Of a DNA stretch of 64,000 nt, positions 20,335 to 30,370 are shown in pieces (the first letter of the stretch is position 1; each line of letters opens with the position of its first letter). This stretch comes from an uncultured Lachnospiraceae bacterium (GTDB taxonomy: Bacteria; Bacillota; Clostridia; Lachnospirales; CAG-274): the NCBI GenBank assembly GCA_964654945.1, contig CAZZLN010000003.1, positions 3,398-67,397 of the forward strand, in the 5' to 3' direction. The notes below the pieces were generated by a model that made no database searches, was not told the origin of the DNA, and saw only the letters and a list, made by a program, of their open reading frames with translations. A program made the translations under genes and the position numbers.

Positions 20335-21084
20335 TTATTTGTTTTCAACCTTATTAAGAAATGCTTTTATTCTGTCTGTTTTTGGGTTATTAAGTACTTC
20401 ATCGGGTGTGCCAAAATCACCCACATATCCGTCATCAAGGAATAAAATTTTATTTGCTACCTCTGATGCAAAACCTATTTCGTGAGTTACAATAAGCATT
20501 GTGTTGCCCTCATTGGCCAAATCTCTTATAACCTTTAACACCTCTCCGGTAAGCTCAGGGTCAAGAGCTGAAGTAGGTTCATCAAAAAGAATAATATCAG
20601 GCTCTCTCATTAATGCTCTGGCAATTGCAACTCTCTGTTTCTGACCTCCTGAGAGGGTAGACGGCATAACGTCAATTTTTTCTGAAAGTCCTACCTTTGC
20701 AAGGGTTTCTTCTGCTTTTTTGTTTATATTTTCTTTACTGTCCTGTTTTCTTAATTCAGGTGCAAGAGTGAGATTTTTTCTTATATCCTTATGAGGAAAA
20801 AGATTAAAGTGCTGAAATACCATACCCATTTTAGATATTATATTTCTTATTTCTTTATTTGATGGATAAATTCCGCCTTTTACAAGATATTCACCCTCAA
20901 TTATTATATCCCCGCCATCGACTTTCTCAAGGTCTATAAGGCTTCTTAAAAATGTGGATTTACCGGAGCCGGATGGACCGAGTATAGCAATAACATCACC
21001 CTTTTCAACAGTTAAATTTATATCCTTTAATACCTCTAAATCTCCAAAGCTCTTTTTTAAATTTTTTACTTCTATTACCGCCAT
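20335..21084 (-). CDS. Amino acid ABC transporter ATP-binding protein
   Basis: Walker A GPSGSGKST, signature LSGGQKQRVAIARAL and Walker B ILFDEPTSALD. GlnQ/HisP-like. Confidence 0.9.
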   Translation of the reverse strand: MAVIEVKNLKKSFGDLEVLKDINLTVEKGDVIAILGPSGSGKSTFLRSLIDLEKVDGGDIIIEGEYLVKGGIYPSNKEIRNIISKMGMVFQHFNLFPHKDIRKNLTLAPELRKQDSKENINKKAEETLAKVGLSEKIDVMPSTLSGGQKQRVAIARALMREPDIILFDEPTSALDPELTGEVLKVIRDLANEGNTMLIVTHEIGFASEVANKILFLDDGYVGDFGTPDEVLNNPKTDRIKAFLNKVENK

Positions 21085-21095
21085 AATAAAACCTC

Positions 21096-21860
21096 CTAGA
21101 ATGAAAATTTATTTTCAAGTTTCTTAAAAATAAATATTAAAATATAGCTTATAACAAGATAGAATGCAGCTGCAACAATAAATACACTAATGTCGGTAGT
21201 TCTGTTTACAATAGTTGTTGTAACTTTTAGTAAGTCGGTTAAGCCTATAGAGGTTATAAGTGCAGTATCCTTTAAAAGAATAATGGTTTCATTTGAAACA
21301 CCGGGAAGAGCAATCCTGAACATTTGAGGCATAATAATTTTTATTTTAGTTTGCAGAGGAGTAAGACCCAAAACCTTTGATGCCTCATACTGACCATTAT
21401 CTACTGCCAAAAGACCGCCTCTAAAGACTTCAGCATAATAAGCGGCATAATTTAATGCAAAGGCAATTGCACCTGCTGTAAATCTGTCAAATGTAACATA
21501 TTTTCCTATATATGGCATATAAGGCAAACCAAAATATACAAAGAAAATCTGAAGCAGAAGTGGAGTACCTCTCATTATATGTATAAATCCTGCAATTATC
21601 ATAGCAACAATATCTAATAGAAATGACTTGATTATAAATATTGCAGATGGTAATTTATAATGCCGGTTATTTACTTTTTTGTATAATATTTTAAAAATCT
21701 GGGTAAGTTTTAAACATTTGGAATTTATATTTCTTACAAAACATATAATTAATCCCAAAGGTATTGAAAATATAATTGTTACTGCAAATAATTCAAGAGT
21801 TAACTTAAATCCCTCAAGCATTAAATATATAATATCCATAAGCCAAGATATAAAGTTCAC
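21096..21860 (-). CDS. Amino acid ABC transporter permease
   Basis: HisM/GlnP-type permease with RGTPLLLQIFFVYFG and an EAA-like YEASKVLGLTPLQ loop. It carries an extra insertion of about 30 aa after TM1. Confidence 0.85.
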   Translation of the reverse strand: MNFISWLMDIIYLMLEGFKLTLELFAVTIIFSIPLGLIICFVRNINSKCLKLTQIFKILYKKVNNRHYKLPSAIFIIKSFLLDIVAMIIAGFIHIMRGTPLLLQIFFVYFGLPYMPYIGKYVTFDRFTAGAIAFALNYAAYYAEVFRGGLLAVDNGQYEASKVLGLTPLQTKIKIIMPQMFRIALPGVSNETIILLKDTALITSIGLTDLLKVTTTIVNRTTDISVFIVAAAFYLVISYILIFIFKKLENKFSF

Positions 21861-21887
21861 AATAAATTCACTTCCTTTTCATATAAA

Positions 21888-21914
21888 ATAAAGGGTCTTT
21901 TAAAGACCCTTTAT
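21888..21914 (-). other. Intra-operon palindrome between the binding-protein and permease genes
   Basis: ATAAAGGGTCTTT-T-AAAGACCCTTTAT, a perfect 13-nt inverted repeat. On the minus strand it is followed by ATTTTAT. Likely a partial terminator or mRNA stabiliser. Confidence 0.4.
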
Positions 21915-21924
21915 AGACTTAAAA

Positions 21925-22764
21925 TTATTTTACTACTATATCTTCGCCAAACCACTTTTTTGAAATTTCAGCAGAAGTGCCGTCTGCATTCATTTCATCA
22001 AGTGCAGCCTGAAGCTTTTCGATTAATTCGGTGTTGCCTTTCTTAGCAGCAATACCATACTGTTCAGAATTAAAGCTTTCATCAAGTGCCACTAATTTAG
22101 CATCAGGATTTTCAGCAATGTAATATTTTGCAACGACTTCATCGGCAACGACTGCATCAACTCTGCCAATTTTTAAATCTTCAAATGCTAAAACATTTGT
22201 GTCATAAGTAGGCATTGAAGCAAATTTGCTATGTATTTCATCATTTTCAACTGCTGACTGAGCAGAAGAACCATCCTGAATACCAACATTCTTGCCTTCA
22301 AGGTCAGCCTTTGTGCTTATGTCTGAACCTTCAGGAACAATAACAATCATTCTGTTATCAAGATAAGGCTTTGTAAATTCAAAAGTCTGTAATCTTTCTT
22401 CATCAATTGAAAAACCGTTCCAAATTAAATCAATTTTTCCTGATTCGATTTCAAGCTCCTTGCTGTCCCAGTCAATAGGCTGAAATTCAATTTCTACACC
22501 CATTCTCTCTGCAGCAGCCTTTGCAAGGTCAATATCAAAACCGACGATTTCGTTATTTTCATCTCTAAATCCCATAGGTGGGAACTGGTCATCAAGACCC
22601 ACAATGATTTTTTCAGCTGATTCAGTAGTTCCGGCTGATTCATCAGCTTCTGCAGCCTCGGTTGCCTCAGTAGTTTCTGTAGTTTCTGTGGACACTGTAT
22701 TGCCACAGCCAACGATACCAAAAAGCATCATAGATGCTAAGAAAAAACTTAAAAATTTTTTCAT
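21925..22764 (-). CDS. Amino acid ABC transporter substrate-binding lipoprotein
   Basis: Lipobox IVGCGN, a Thr/Glu/Ala-rich tether, and an SBP_bac_3-type body (GFDIDLAKAAAERMG, DLIWNGFSI). Confidence 0.85.
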   Translation of the reverse strand: MKKFLSFFLASMMLFGIVGCGNTVSTETTETTEATEAAEADESAGTTESAEKIIVGLDDQFPPMGFRDENNEIVGFDIDLAKAAAERMGVEIEFQPIDWDSKELEIESGKIDLIWNGFSIDEERLQTFEFTKPYLDNRMIVIVPEGSDISTKADLEGKNVGIQDGSSAQSAVENDEIHSKFASMPTYDTNVLAFEDLKIGRVDAVVADEVVAKYYIAENPDAKLVALDESFNSEQYGIAAKKGNTELIEKLQAALDEMNADGTSAEISKKWFGEDIVVK

Positions 22765-22800
22765 AAAAATTTCCTCCTAAATTCAATTTATTATATTATT

Positions 22801-22829
22801 ACTTTAACACATTACAGTGTTAATTTCAA
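22801..22829 (-). promoter_or_regulatory. Sigma-A-like promoter of the amino-acid ABC operon, with an inverted repeat filling the spacer
   Basis: The minus strand reads TTGAAA (22829-22824), a 17-nt spacer, then TAAAGT (22806-22801). The spacer contains TTAACAC-N6-GTGTTAA (22804-22823). Confidence 0.4.
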
Positions 22830-22859
22830 TAATAATTTTATAAAGATTTAACATTTTTA

Positions 22860-24617
22860 TTATAATCTCTTAATATTATTTATAAAATCTTCAGATGGAG
22901 TTACATAGGCGGTTTTATTTGTTTCATAAATTACCATACCGGGTTTTGCACCATTTGGCTTTTTGACATTCTTTTTTTCTGTATAGTCAACAGGCACAAG
23001 AGCCGATTCTCTTGCTTTGCTGAAATATGCAGCAAGATTAACAGCTTCATTTAATGTAGAGTCCGGCACTTCTCTTCCTTCAGTGACTATAACAACATGA
23101 GAGCCCGGAATTATTTTTGTATGAAGCCATATATCTCTGCTTCTTGCAAATTTAAGAGTAAGCTCGTCGTTTTGAACATTGTTTTTGCCAACAAAAATAT
23201 CAAAACCATCAGAGGATACAAAGTGCATAGGCTTAGACCTTTTCTGTGATTTTTTCTGACTGGCGTTTTTTGATTTTTTAATATATCCGCTTTCTCTAAG
23301 CTCACTCCTGATTTCTTTTATATCCTGCTCATCAGTACAATTAGACACAGATATAAACACACCCTCGAGATAATTTAGCTCATCATCATTTGATTTAATC
23401 TGTTCCTTTAAGGCTTCAAAGGTTCTTTTTGCTTTATTATATAGTTTAAAATATTTTTGTGCGTTCTCAGATGGTGTCAAATCTCCCTCAAGGGATATTG
23501 TTACATTTTCCGTATTTTCGCTGTAAAAATTAGGCAGTGTAATTGAGGTCATTCCCTTTTTAATGCTGTATATATTAGCAGTAAGAAGTTCTCCGTATAA
23601 TCTTAGTTCTTCTCTGTTTTCAATATTTTTTAAGGTCTGAATTTGTATTTCTTTTTTTCTGACACATCTTTCTATATTTTGAGATATTAAGTGTTTTAAA
23701 TCTTGGGTTTTTTGATTTATTCTGTAGCTTAAATCTTTGGTTTTATAATATTTTTCAACTAACTCTGACATAGAATCAAATTTTTCTTTTTCATAAGAAA
23801 CAAATTGAGTCATTTCAAAAGGCGAAAAATCAATAAGCTTTTTGCCGTTTTTTATAAGCTCAGGCGAAAAATTGTTATTTTTAATATCTTCAACTAAATC
23901 ATAAAACTTAGAATATAGCAGTCTAATTTTATCATTTGGTATTATTTCAGGCACATCAGATGGGCTGATTTCTGCCCTAACACATAGCTCTGAAGCTATA
24001 ACGGGACTTATGCCATTGTAGCTTTGATATATAATGTTTTGAATTTTTTTAGTTTTATTACTGTTTATGCTGTCATAAAAATTATTTACATCAATATTAA
24101 GTGTATCTATTTTATTTTGTTCAGGCGGAAGAGAATATTCTTTTCCCGGCAGCACCTCTCTGACAGAGCTTTTATCATGACTGATATGTTTAGCTGAATC
24201 CAAAATAATATTGTTTTCATCAACAAGAATAATATTGCTGTGTCTGCCCATTATTTCAAGAACAAGCTTTTTTACAGAATAGTCGCCCATTTCGTTAAGA
24301 CTTTCTATATATATATTAAGTATTCTGTCAAAATTTATCTGCTCAAGCTTTATTATTTTACCGCTTTGAAGATGCTTTCTTAAGACCATACAAAAAAGTG
24401 GCGGATTTGCGGGATTGTTTTTTGCTATATTTGTAATATGAAATTTAGGATTAGATGGATTTGCTGTAAGCAAAAGCTTAAGGCTTGTGCCAAAACATCT
24501 TATTACTAAAATTATTTCATCATTTTCAGGCTGATATATTTTATCTATTCTTCCACCCAGTATTTTATTTTCAAGTTCATTTTTTAATGCTGCTATGGTA
24601 ATGCCGTCAAAGGCCAT
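22860..24617 (-). CDS. rqcH: NFACT-family ribosome quality control protein (fibronectin-binding protein A-like)
   Basis: N-terminus MAFDGITIAALKNEL, a coiled-coil middle region and a C-terminal NFACT-R region (DIWLHTKIIPGSHVVI). I chose the ATG at 24617, which has a GGAGG RBS 8 nt upstream. The ORF-track TTG start at 24632 overlaps that GGAGG and has no separate RBS of its own. Confidence 0.85.
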   Translation of the reverse strand: MAFDGITIAALKNELENKILGGRIDKIYQPENDEIILVIRCFGTSLKLLLTANPSNPKFHITNIAKNNPANPPLFCMVLRKHLQSGKIIKLEQINFDRILNIYIESLNEMGDYSVKKLVLEIMGRHSNIILVDENNIILDSAKHISHDKSSVREVLPGKEYSLPPEQNKIDTLNIDVNNFYDSINSNKTKKIQNIIYQSYNGISPVIASELCVRAEISPSDVPEIIPNDKIRLLYSKFYDLVEDIKNNNFSPELIKNGKKLIDFSPFEMTQFVSYEKEKFDSMSELVEKYYKTKDLSYRINQKTQDLKHLISQNIERCVRKKEIQIQTLKNIENREELRLYGELLTANIYSIKKGMTSITLPNFYSENTENVTISLEGDLTPSENAQKYFKLYNKAKRTFEALKEQIKSNDDELNYLEGVFISVSNCTDEQDIKEIRSELRESGYIKKSKNASQKKSQKRSKPMHFVSSDGFDIFVGKNNVQNDELTLKFARSRDIWLHTKIIPGSHVVIVTEGREVPDSTLNEAVNLAAYFSKARESALVPVDYTEKKNVKKPNGAKPGMVIYETNKTAYVTPSEDFINNIKRL

Positions 24618-24771
24618 TTTTGTTTCCTCCAATTATTATTGATATATAGAGATTATATCCCAAAAGAAATTATTTTTCAATTAATTTATAAAATTTAAAA
24701 AAAATACTTTAATTTTTGCACTAAATAATGTATAATTAATTAATTAGTATGTAATAAAGAGGTATTGGCTT

Positions 24772-25653
24772 ATGAAAAGTATGACAGGTTACGGCAGAGG
24801 AGAATGCACTCTGTATAATCGTAAATTTGTAGTTGAAATCAAAGCTGTAAATCACAGATATAATGATGTTACGGTTAAGATGCCAAGAACAATGATTATC
24901 TATGAGGATAAAATTAAAAAAGTCATAGGTGAAAAGGTGTTCAGAGGTAAAATAGATGTTTATATTAATTTTGAGTCATTTTCCGGTGACGATGTTGCAA
25001 TTAATATTAATGAGGCTTTAGCAGACAGCTATATAGATGTTCTTAATAAATTGAAAGAAAAATATTCAATAAATGATAATATTTCTCTTGACATTGTTGC
25101 AAAATTTCCTGATTTGATTTCTGTTGATAAAAACATTACTAATGAAAAGACTAATGATGAAATAAGCGAATGTCTTTTTAATGCCGTTAATGAAGCTGTT
25201 GATAATTTTGTTTCTATGAGAGAAAAAGAGGGAGAGAATTTAAAAAATAACATATTTGAAAAGCTTGATGCCATTAGTGTTATTGTGAATAAAATTGAAG
25301 CAAGAGCTCCCCTTGTTGCTAAGGAATACAGACAGAAGCTTGAAGAAAAGCTTAATGAATATGTTGGCGGTGAATTTGATGAAGCAAGAATAATGACAGA
25401 GGTTCTTCTTTTTGCTGACAAAGCCTGCATAGATGAGGAAATTACAAGACTTCATTCTCATATAAATCAGATGAGCAGTATTCTTAATGAAACTGTTCCT
25501 GTTGGACGTAAGCTGGATTTTCTTATTCAGGAAATGAATAGAGAAGTTAATACCATAGGCTCTAAATCCAATGATCTTGAAATCACTGTAGCAATTGTTG
25601 ATGCCAAAAGTGAAATAGAAAAAATCAGAGAACAAATTCAAAATATTGAATAA
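24772..25653 (+). CDS. yicC: YicC/YloC family endoribonuclease-like stress protein
   Basis: MKSMTGYGRGE N-terminus and the C-terminal EEITRLHSH...REVNTIGSK motif. Conserved position upstream of gmk. Confidence 0.85.
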   Translation: MKSMTGYGRGECTLYNRKFVVEIKAVNHRYNDVTVKMPRTMIIYEDKIKKVIGEKVFRGKIDVYINFESFSGDDVAININEALADSYIDVLNKLKEKYSINDNISLDIVAKFPDLISVDKNITNEKTNDEISECLFNAVNEAVDNFVSMREKEGENLKNNIFEKLDAISVIVNKIEARAPLVAKEYRQKLEEKLNEYVGGEFDEARIMTEVLLFADKACIDEEITRLHSHINQMSSILNETVPVGRKLDFLIQEMNREVNTIGSKSNDLEITVAIVDAKSEIEKIREQIQNIE

Positions 25654-25675
25654 AATTATGCTGGGAGGCAAAGTT

Positions 25676-26281
25676 ATGGATAAGGAGTTATTAATTGTAA
25701 TTTCGGGCCCATCAGGTGCGGGAAAAGGAACAGTAGTTAATAATCTTATTAATGATGGAAATTATGCTCTTTCAATATCAGCTACTACAAGAGCACCAAG
25801 ATCCGGTGAAAAAGAAGGTGTTTCATATTTTTTTAAATCTGTTGATGAGTTTAAAAAACTTATTAATGATAATAAATTACTTGAGTATGCTAAGTTTTGC
25901 GATAATTATTATGGAACACCGTCTGAATATGTCAATAATAAAATGGCAGATGGAAAAAATGTTATACTTGAAATTGAAGTGCAGGGTGCTTTGCAGGTCA
26001 AAAAGAATGCCCCCGGTGCGGTTTTAATATTTCTTATTCCTCCAAGCCTTAAAGAATTAAGAAAAAGATTGGAAGAAAGAGGTACAGAAACTCAGGAGGT
26101 TATAGAGCAGAGATTAAAACGGGCAGAAGAAGAAATTGAATATATTGATAATTATGATTATGTTGTTGTTAATGATACGGTTATTCAGGCAACAGAAGAT
26201 ATAAAGAAAATTGTTAAAGCCGAAAAGCTTAAAACTAAGCGAAATACAGATATAATAATTAATTTTAAAGGAGTTAAATAA
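25676..26281 (+). CDS. gmk: Guanylate kinase
   Basis: P-loop GPSGAGKGT, plus SATTRAPRSGE and YGT motifs. GGGAGG RBS 7 nt upstream of the ATG at 25676. Confidence 0.9.
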   Translation: MDKELLIVISGPSGAGKGTVVNNLINDGNYALSISATTRAPRSGEKEGVSYFFKSVDEFKKLINDNKLLEYAKFCDNYYGTPSEYVNNKMADGKNVILEIEVQGALQVKKNAPGAVLIFLIPPSLKELRKRLEERGTETQEVIEQRLKRAEEEIEYIDNYDYVVVNDTVIQATEDIKKIVKAEKLKTKRNTDIIINFKGVK

Positions 26282-26282
26282 T

Positions 26283-26657
26283 ATGTTAAAACCATCTTAT
26301 GCAGAATTAATGGAAATAATGAATAAAGATTCAGAAAGTGATGTAACAAGCAGATATACAGTAGTTATTGCTACTGCAAAAAGAGCAAGACAGCTTATAG
26401 ATGGAGATGACCCTTTGATTGACGCATCTTCTTATGACGGAAAGCCTGTTTCAATTGCAGTTGAAGAAATAAGAGAGGGTAAAATTAAGGTTGTTCCTGA
26501 AGGACAGGGTACTGTTATTAAGCCTAAAAAATCTGTTGAAGATGCTATAAAAGAAGAACTTAATGCAAAGACTGTTAATATTGATTCAGAAGAACAAAAT
26601 AATAATAAATCTGATGATATTGATGAAATAACCGAAGAAGATTTAACAGAAGAATAA
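26283..26657 (+). CDS. rpoZ: DNA-directed RNA polymerase subunit omega, with a long acidic C-terminal extension
   Basis: N-terminal core SRYTVVIATAKRARQL. gmk-rpoZ synteny. 124 aa, of which the last ~55 are rich in Glu and Asp. Confidence 0.85.
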   Translation: MLKPSYAELMEIMNKDSESDVTSRYTVVIATAKRARQLIDGDDPLIDASSYDGKPVSIAVEEIREGKIKVVPEGQGTVIKPKKSVEDAIKEELNAKTVNIDSEEQNNNKSDDIDEITEEDLTEE

Positions 26658-26663
26658 CAAAAT

Positions 26664-26694
26664 AAGGGTTGATGTTTCAACCCTTTATTTTATC
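26664..26694 (+). terminator. Intrinsic terminator after rpoZ
   Basis: Stem AAGGGTTGA / TCAACCCTT, loop TGTT, followed by TATTTTAT. Confidence 0.6.
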
Positions 26695-26714
26695 TGATGC
26701 CAAGGGAGATTATT

Positions 26715-28943
26715 ATGAAATATGCCGTTATTGTTGTGTCTATAGGACACGAAAAGCTTAATCATATTTTTCATTATAAAATACCTGATAATATTATAGA
26801 TAATATTGAAATTGGTATGAGGGTATTAGTTCCTTTTGGCAAAGGAAACCGTAATATTGAAGGATATGTTGTAGGCTTTTCAAATTCAGCAGATGTAGAT
26901 GATAATAAAATTAAATATATTAACTCTGTTGTTGAAAAATATTCTATTCTTAGTAAAAAGAGAATTATGCTTGCTAAATGGATGGAAAATAAATATTATA
27001 CAACTTTGAGTAATTGTTTAAGCTGTATTTCACCGAAATATGTTAAAGAAAAACAATTTCCATGTGTTTCTTTAAATTATGATAACAATAATTTAAAAAA
27101 AGAAATTGAAAAAATACTTTCTAAAAACACTAAGCAAAAAAGAGTCCTTGAAGTTTTATTACATGGTGATATAGTGCCTGTAAGTCATATTAAAACTTTG
27201 CTTGACGTAACTGCTGAGCCAATAAGAGCTTTAGCAAAAAAAGATGTTATAAAATATACCTATTATCAGCAATACAGAGGCAACTTTAATGTTGATGAAA
27301 CTGCTCCTATAAATAAACCGGTTCTGACACCTGAACAGAAAAATGCAGTTGAATATATATATTCAGCAATTGATAATAATGATTTGACACCTATACTGAT
27401 TCATGGTGTAACAGGAAGCGGAAAAACAGAGGTTTATTTAAGATGTATTGAAAAAGTGCTTAAAATGGGAAAGTCAGCTATTGTGCTTGTGCCTGAAATT
27501 TCACTTACACAGCAGACAGTTGAAAGATTTGTTTCAAGATTTGGGAACAAAGTTGCGGTTACTCATTCAAAATTATCTGACGGAGAAAGATATGACCAGT
27601 GGACAAGAGCAAGACGGAAAGAAATATCTGTTATGATAGGACCACGTTCAGCAGTATTTACGCCTTTTGAAAATCTGGGAATAATTGTTATTGATGAGGA
27701 GCATGAAACAACCTATAAGGCAGACCAGCAACAGCCAAAATACGATGCAAGAGAAGTGGCTATTAAGCTTGGGGAGCTTTATAACTGTCAGGTTGTATTA
27801 GGCAGTGCAACACCGTCAGTAATAAGCTATTATAAATCAACTATAGGTGAATATAAATTAATTGAACTAAAAAACAGGGTTAATAACACATATCCCGATA
27901 TTAAAATAGTTGATATGAGGGCAGAACTTGAAAATAATAACAGATCTATTTTCAGTGAGTCTTTAAAAAATGCAATAGAATATAATATTGAACACAATCA
28001 GCAGACTATTCTGTTTTTAAACAGACGAGGTTTTGCAAATTTTGTTTCCTGTAGAAAATGCGGCTATGTTATGACCTGTGATAATTGTAATGTCAATTAT
28101 ACATATCACAAGGATACAAATTCTCTTTTATGTCACTATTGCGGAGCATCACAGCCTAAGCCTGTCGTATGTCCTCAGTGCGGTTCAGAGCATATAAGAC
28201 AGTTTGGAATTGGTACGGAGAAAATTGAAGAAGAAGTTAAAAAGCTTTATCCTAATGTTAAAACTCTCAGAATGGACCTGGATACAACCAGGAATAAAAA
28301 TTCACATAATATAATAATTGATAAATTTAGAAATGGTGAAGCTGATATTTTAATAGGCACTCAAATGATAGCAAAAGGACTTGATTTTCCAAATGTTACA
28401 GTTGTGGGAGCTATAGCAGCTGATATGTCACTTAATATAAATGATTATCATAGTGCTGAAACTACCTTTCAGCTTGTAACACAAGTTGCAGGCAGAGCAG
28501 GCAGAGCAGGAAAACGTGGAGTTGCTTATGTGCAGACCTATAATCCCGACCATTATAGCCTTGTATGTGCTGCAAATAATGATTATACAAAATTTTATAA
28601 TGAAGAAATAAATTTTAGAGAAAAGCTTAAATATCCGCCGTTTGGAAATATATTTGTGGTACTGTTTACGGGAAGTGATTTAGCTGAAATAAGAAAATAT
28701 TTAAGTGAACTTTCCTATTTAATGACACGTTATAATAAAAATAATCAATTTGAACACGCAGGTCCTATGCCTGCAGTTATATCAAAAATAAAAAATAATC
28801 ACAGATGGCAGATAATTGTTAAAGGAGAAAATGAAGAAAAAATTAAAAATTACGTGCTATTTTGCTTAAATAAGTTGAAATCTGTAAGGAATTTAGATAA
28901 AATAAATATAGGTCTTTATCTAAATCCAAATTATAGCCTTTAG
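26715..28943 (+). CDS. priA: Primosomal protein N' (replication restart helicase)
   Basis: Walker A GVTGSGKTE, DEEH box and Cys-rich zinc region CRKCGYVMTCDNCN...CHYCG...CPQCGS. AGGGAG RBS before the ATG at 26715. Confidence 0.9.
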   Translation: MKYAVIVVSIGHEKLNHIFHYKIPDNIIDNIEIGMRVLVPFGKGNRNIEGYVVGFSNSADVDDNKIKYINSVVEKYSILSKKRIMLAKWMENKYYTTLSNCLSCISPKYVKEKQFPCVSLNYDNNNLKKEIEKILSKNTKQKRVLEVLLHGDIVPVSHIKTLLDVTAEPIRALAKKDVIKYTYYQQYRGNFNVDETAPINKPVLTPEQKNAVEYIYSAIDNNDLTPILIHGVTGSGKTEVYLRCIEKVLKMGKSAIVLVPEISLTQQTVERFVSRFGNKVAVTHSKLSDGERYDQWTRARRKEISVMIGPRSAVFTPFENLGIIVIDEEHETTYKADQQQPKYDAREVAIKLGELYNCQVVLGSATPSVISYYKSTIGEYKLIELKNRVNNTYPDIKIVDMRAELENNNRSIFSESLKNAIEYNIEHNQQTILFLNRRGFANFVSCRKCGYVMTCDNCNVNYTYHKDTNSLLCHYCGASQPKPVVCPQCGSEHIRQFGIGTEKIEEEVKKLYPNVKTLRMDLDTTRNKNSHNIIIDKFRNGEADILIGTQMIAKGLDFPNVTVVGAIAADMSLNINDYHSAETTFQLVTQVAGRAGRAGKRGVAYVQTYNPDHYSLVCAANNDYTKFYNEEINFREKLKYPPFGNIFVVLFTGSDLAEIRKYLSELSYLMTRYNKNNQFEHAGPMPAVISKIKNNHRWQIIVKGENEEKIKNYVLFCLNKLKSVRNLDKINIGLYLNPNYSL

Positions 28944-28953
28944 GAGGATTAGT

Positions 28954-29427
28954 ATGGCAATAAGGATAATAAGAACAGAAGGAGAAGCTGTCCTAAGAAA
29001 AAAGTGTAAAGAAGTTAAAGAAATCACACCAAAAATAATTGAGCTTCTTGATGATATGGCTGATACTCTTTATGAATCAGGCGGTGTAGGTCTTGCTGCA
29101 CCCCAGGTGGGTATTTTAAAAAGAATAGTTGTTATAGATATTGGTGAAGGACTTTATGAGCTTATAAATCCTGTTATACTTGAAAAAAGCGGTGAGCAGA
29201 CAGGAAATGAAGGTTGTCTTTCAATTCCCGGTAAAATGGGTAAGGTGACAAGACCAAATTATGTTAAGGCTGAAGCTACCAACAGAAATGGAGAAAGATA
29301 TACTATTGTGGGTACAGAATTAATGGCAAGAGCTATTTGCCATGAGCTTGATCACCTTGATGGTATACTTTATGCAGACCTTGTTGAGGGTGAGCTTGAA
29401 GATATAGAAGCCGATGAGGAGGAATAG
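28954..29427 (+). CDS. def: Peptide deformylase
   Basis: GVGLAAPQ, EGCLSIPG and HELDHL motifs. Confidence 0.95.
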   Translation: MAIRIIRTEGEAVLRKKCKEVKEITPKIIELLDDMADTLYESGGVGLAAPQVGILKRIVVIDIGEGLYELINPVILEKSGEQTGNEGCLSIPGKMGKVTRPNYVKAEATNRNGERYTIVGTELMARAICHELDHLDGILYADLVEGELEDIEADEEE

Positions 29428-29428
29428 C

Positions 29429-30355
29429 GTGAATATATTATTTATGGGAACTCCTGATTTTGCAGTAAGCATTTTTGAAGCTCTTGTAAAAGAGCATAAT
29501 GTTGTTGCGGTAATATCTCAGCCTGACAGACCAAAGGGCAGAGGCAAAAAGCTTCAGCCAACACCTGTCAAGGCAGCTGCTGAAAAATACAATATACCTG
29601 TTTATCAGCCTGAAAGAATAAAAAATGATGAATTTTGTGAATTTCTTGAAAATATAGATGCTGATTTGTTTGTTGTGGTTGCCTATGGGCAGATATTGTC
29701 AGAGAGAATATTAAATATTCCCAAATACGGCTGTATAAATGTACATGGTTCTCTGCTTCCTAAATACAGAGGTGCTGCTCCTATTCAGTGGAGTGTTATA
29801 AATGGTGATAAAAAAACAGGTGTAACCATAATGTATATGGATAAAAAATGCGATACCGGTGATATTATTTTAAAAGAAGAAATTGAAATTACTCCTGATG
29901 AAACCTATGGCTCATTACACGATAAAATGGCTCCTGTTGGAGCAAAGGCTCTTTTAGATGCACTAAAACTTATAGAAAAGGGAAAAGCTAATGCTGAAAA
30001 ACAAAATGATGCTGAAGCTACCTATGCACCTATGCTTTCTAAAAAAATGGGACATATTAACTGGAATAAAACCGCTCAGGAAATCAAAAATTTAATACAG
30101 GGATTTAATCCTATTCCGGGAGCATATACAGTTTATAATAACGAAAACTTAAAAATATACAGCTGTGAAATTTGTGATGATATAAAGGGTGAATGCGGTG
30201 AGATAACTTCTGTTGATTTAAAGAAAGGCTTCACTGTAAAATGCGGCAGCAATTCAATTGTTGTAACAGAAATTCAGGCAAAGGGCGGAAAAAGAATGAA
30301 AACAACTGACTATCTTAGGGGGCATAATATAGATACAGGTGTTATTTTAAAATAA
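29429..30355 (+). CDS. fmt: Methionyl-tRNA formyltransferase
   Basis: VNILFMGTPDFAV N-terminus, plus HGSLLPKYRGAAPIQ. GTG at 29429 is preceded by GAGGAGG with a 6-nt spacer. The ORF-track ATG at 29414 would overlap def. Confidence 0.9.
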   Translation: MNILFMGTPDFAVSIFEALVKEHNVVAVISQPDRPKGRGKKLQPTPVKAAAEKYNIPVYQPERIKNDEFCEFLENIDADLFVVVAYGQILSERILNIPKYGCINVHGSLLPKYRGAAPIQWSVINGDKKTGVTIMYMDKKCDTGDIILKEEIEITPDETYGSLHDKMAPVGAKALLDALKLIEKGKANAEKQNDAEATYAPMLSKKMGHINWNKTAQEIKNLIQGFNPIPGAYTVYNNENLKIYSCEICDDIKGECGEITSVDLKKGFTVKCGSNSIVVTEIQAKGGKRMKTTDYLRGHNIDTGVILK

Positions 30356-30370
30356 AATGAGGTGATTTTT

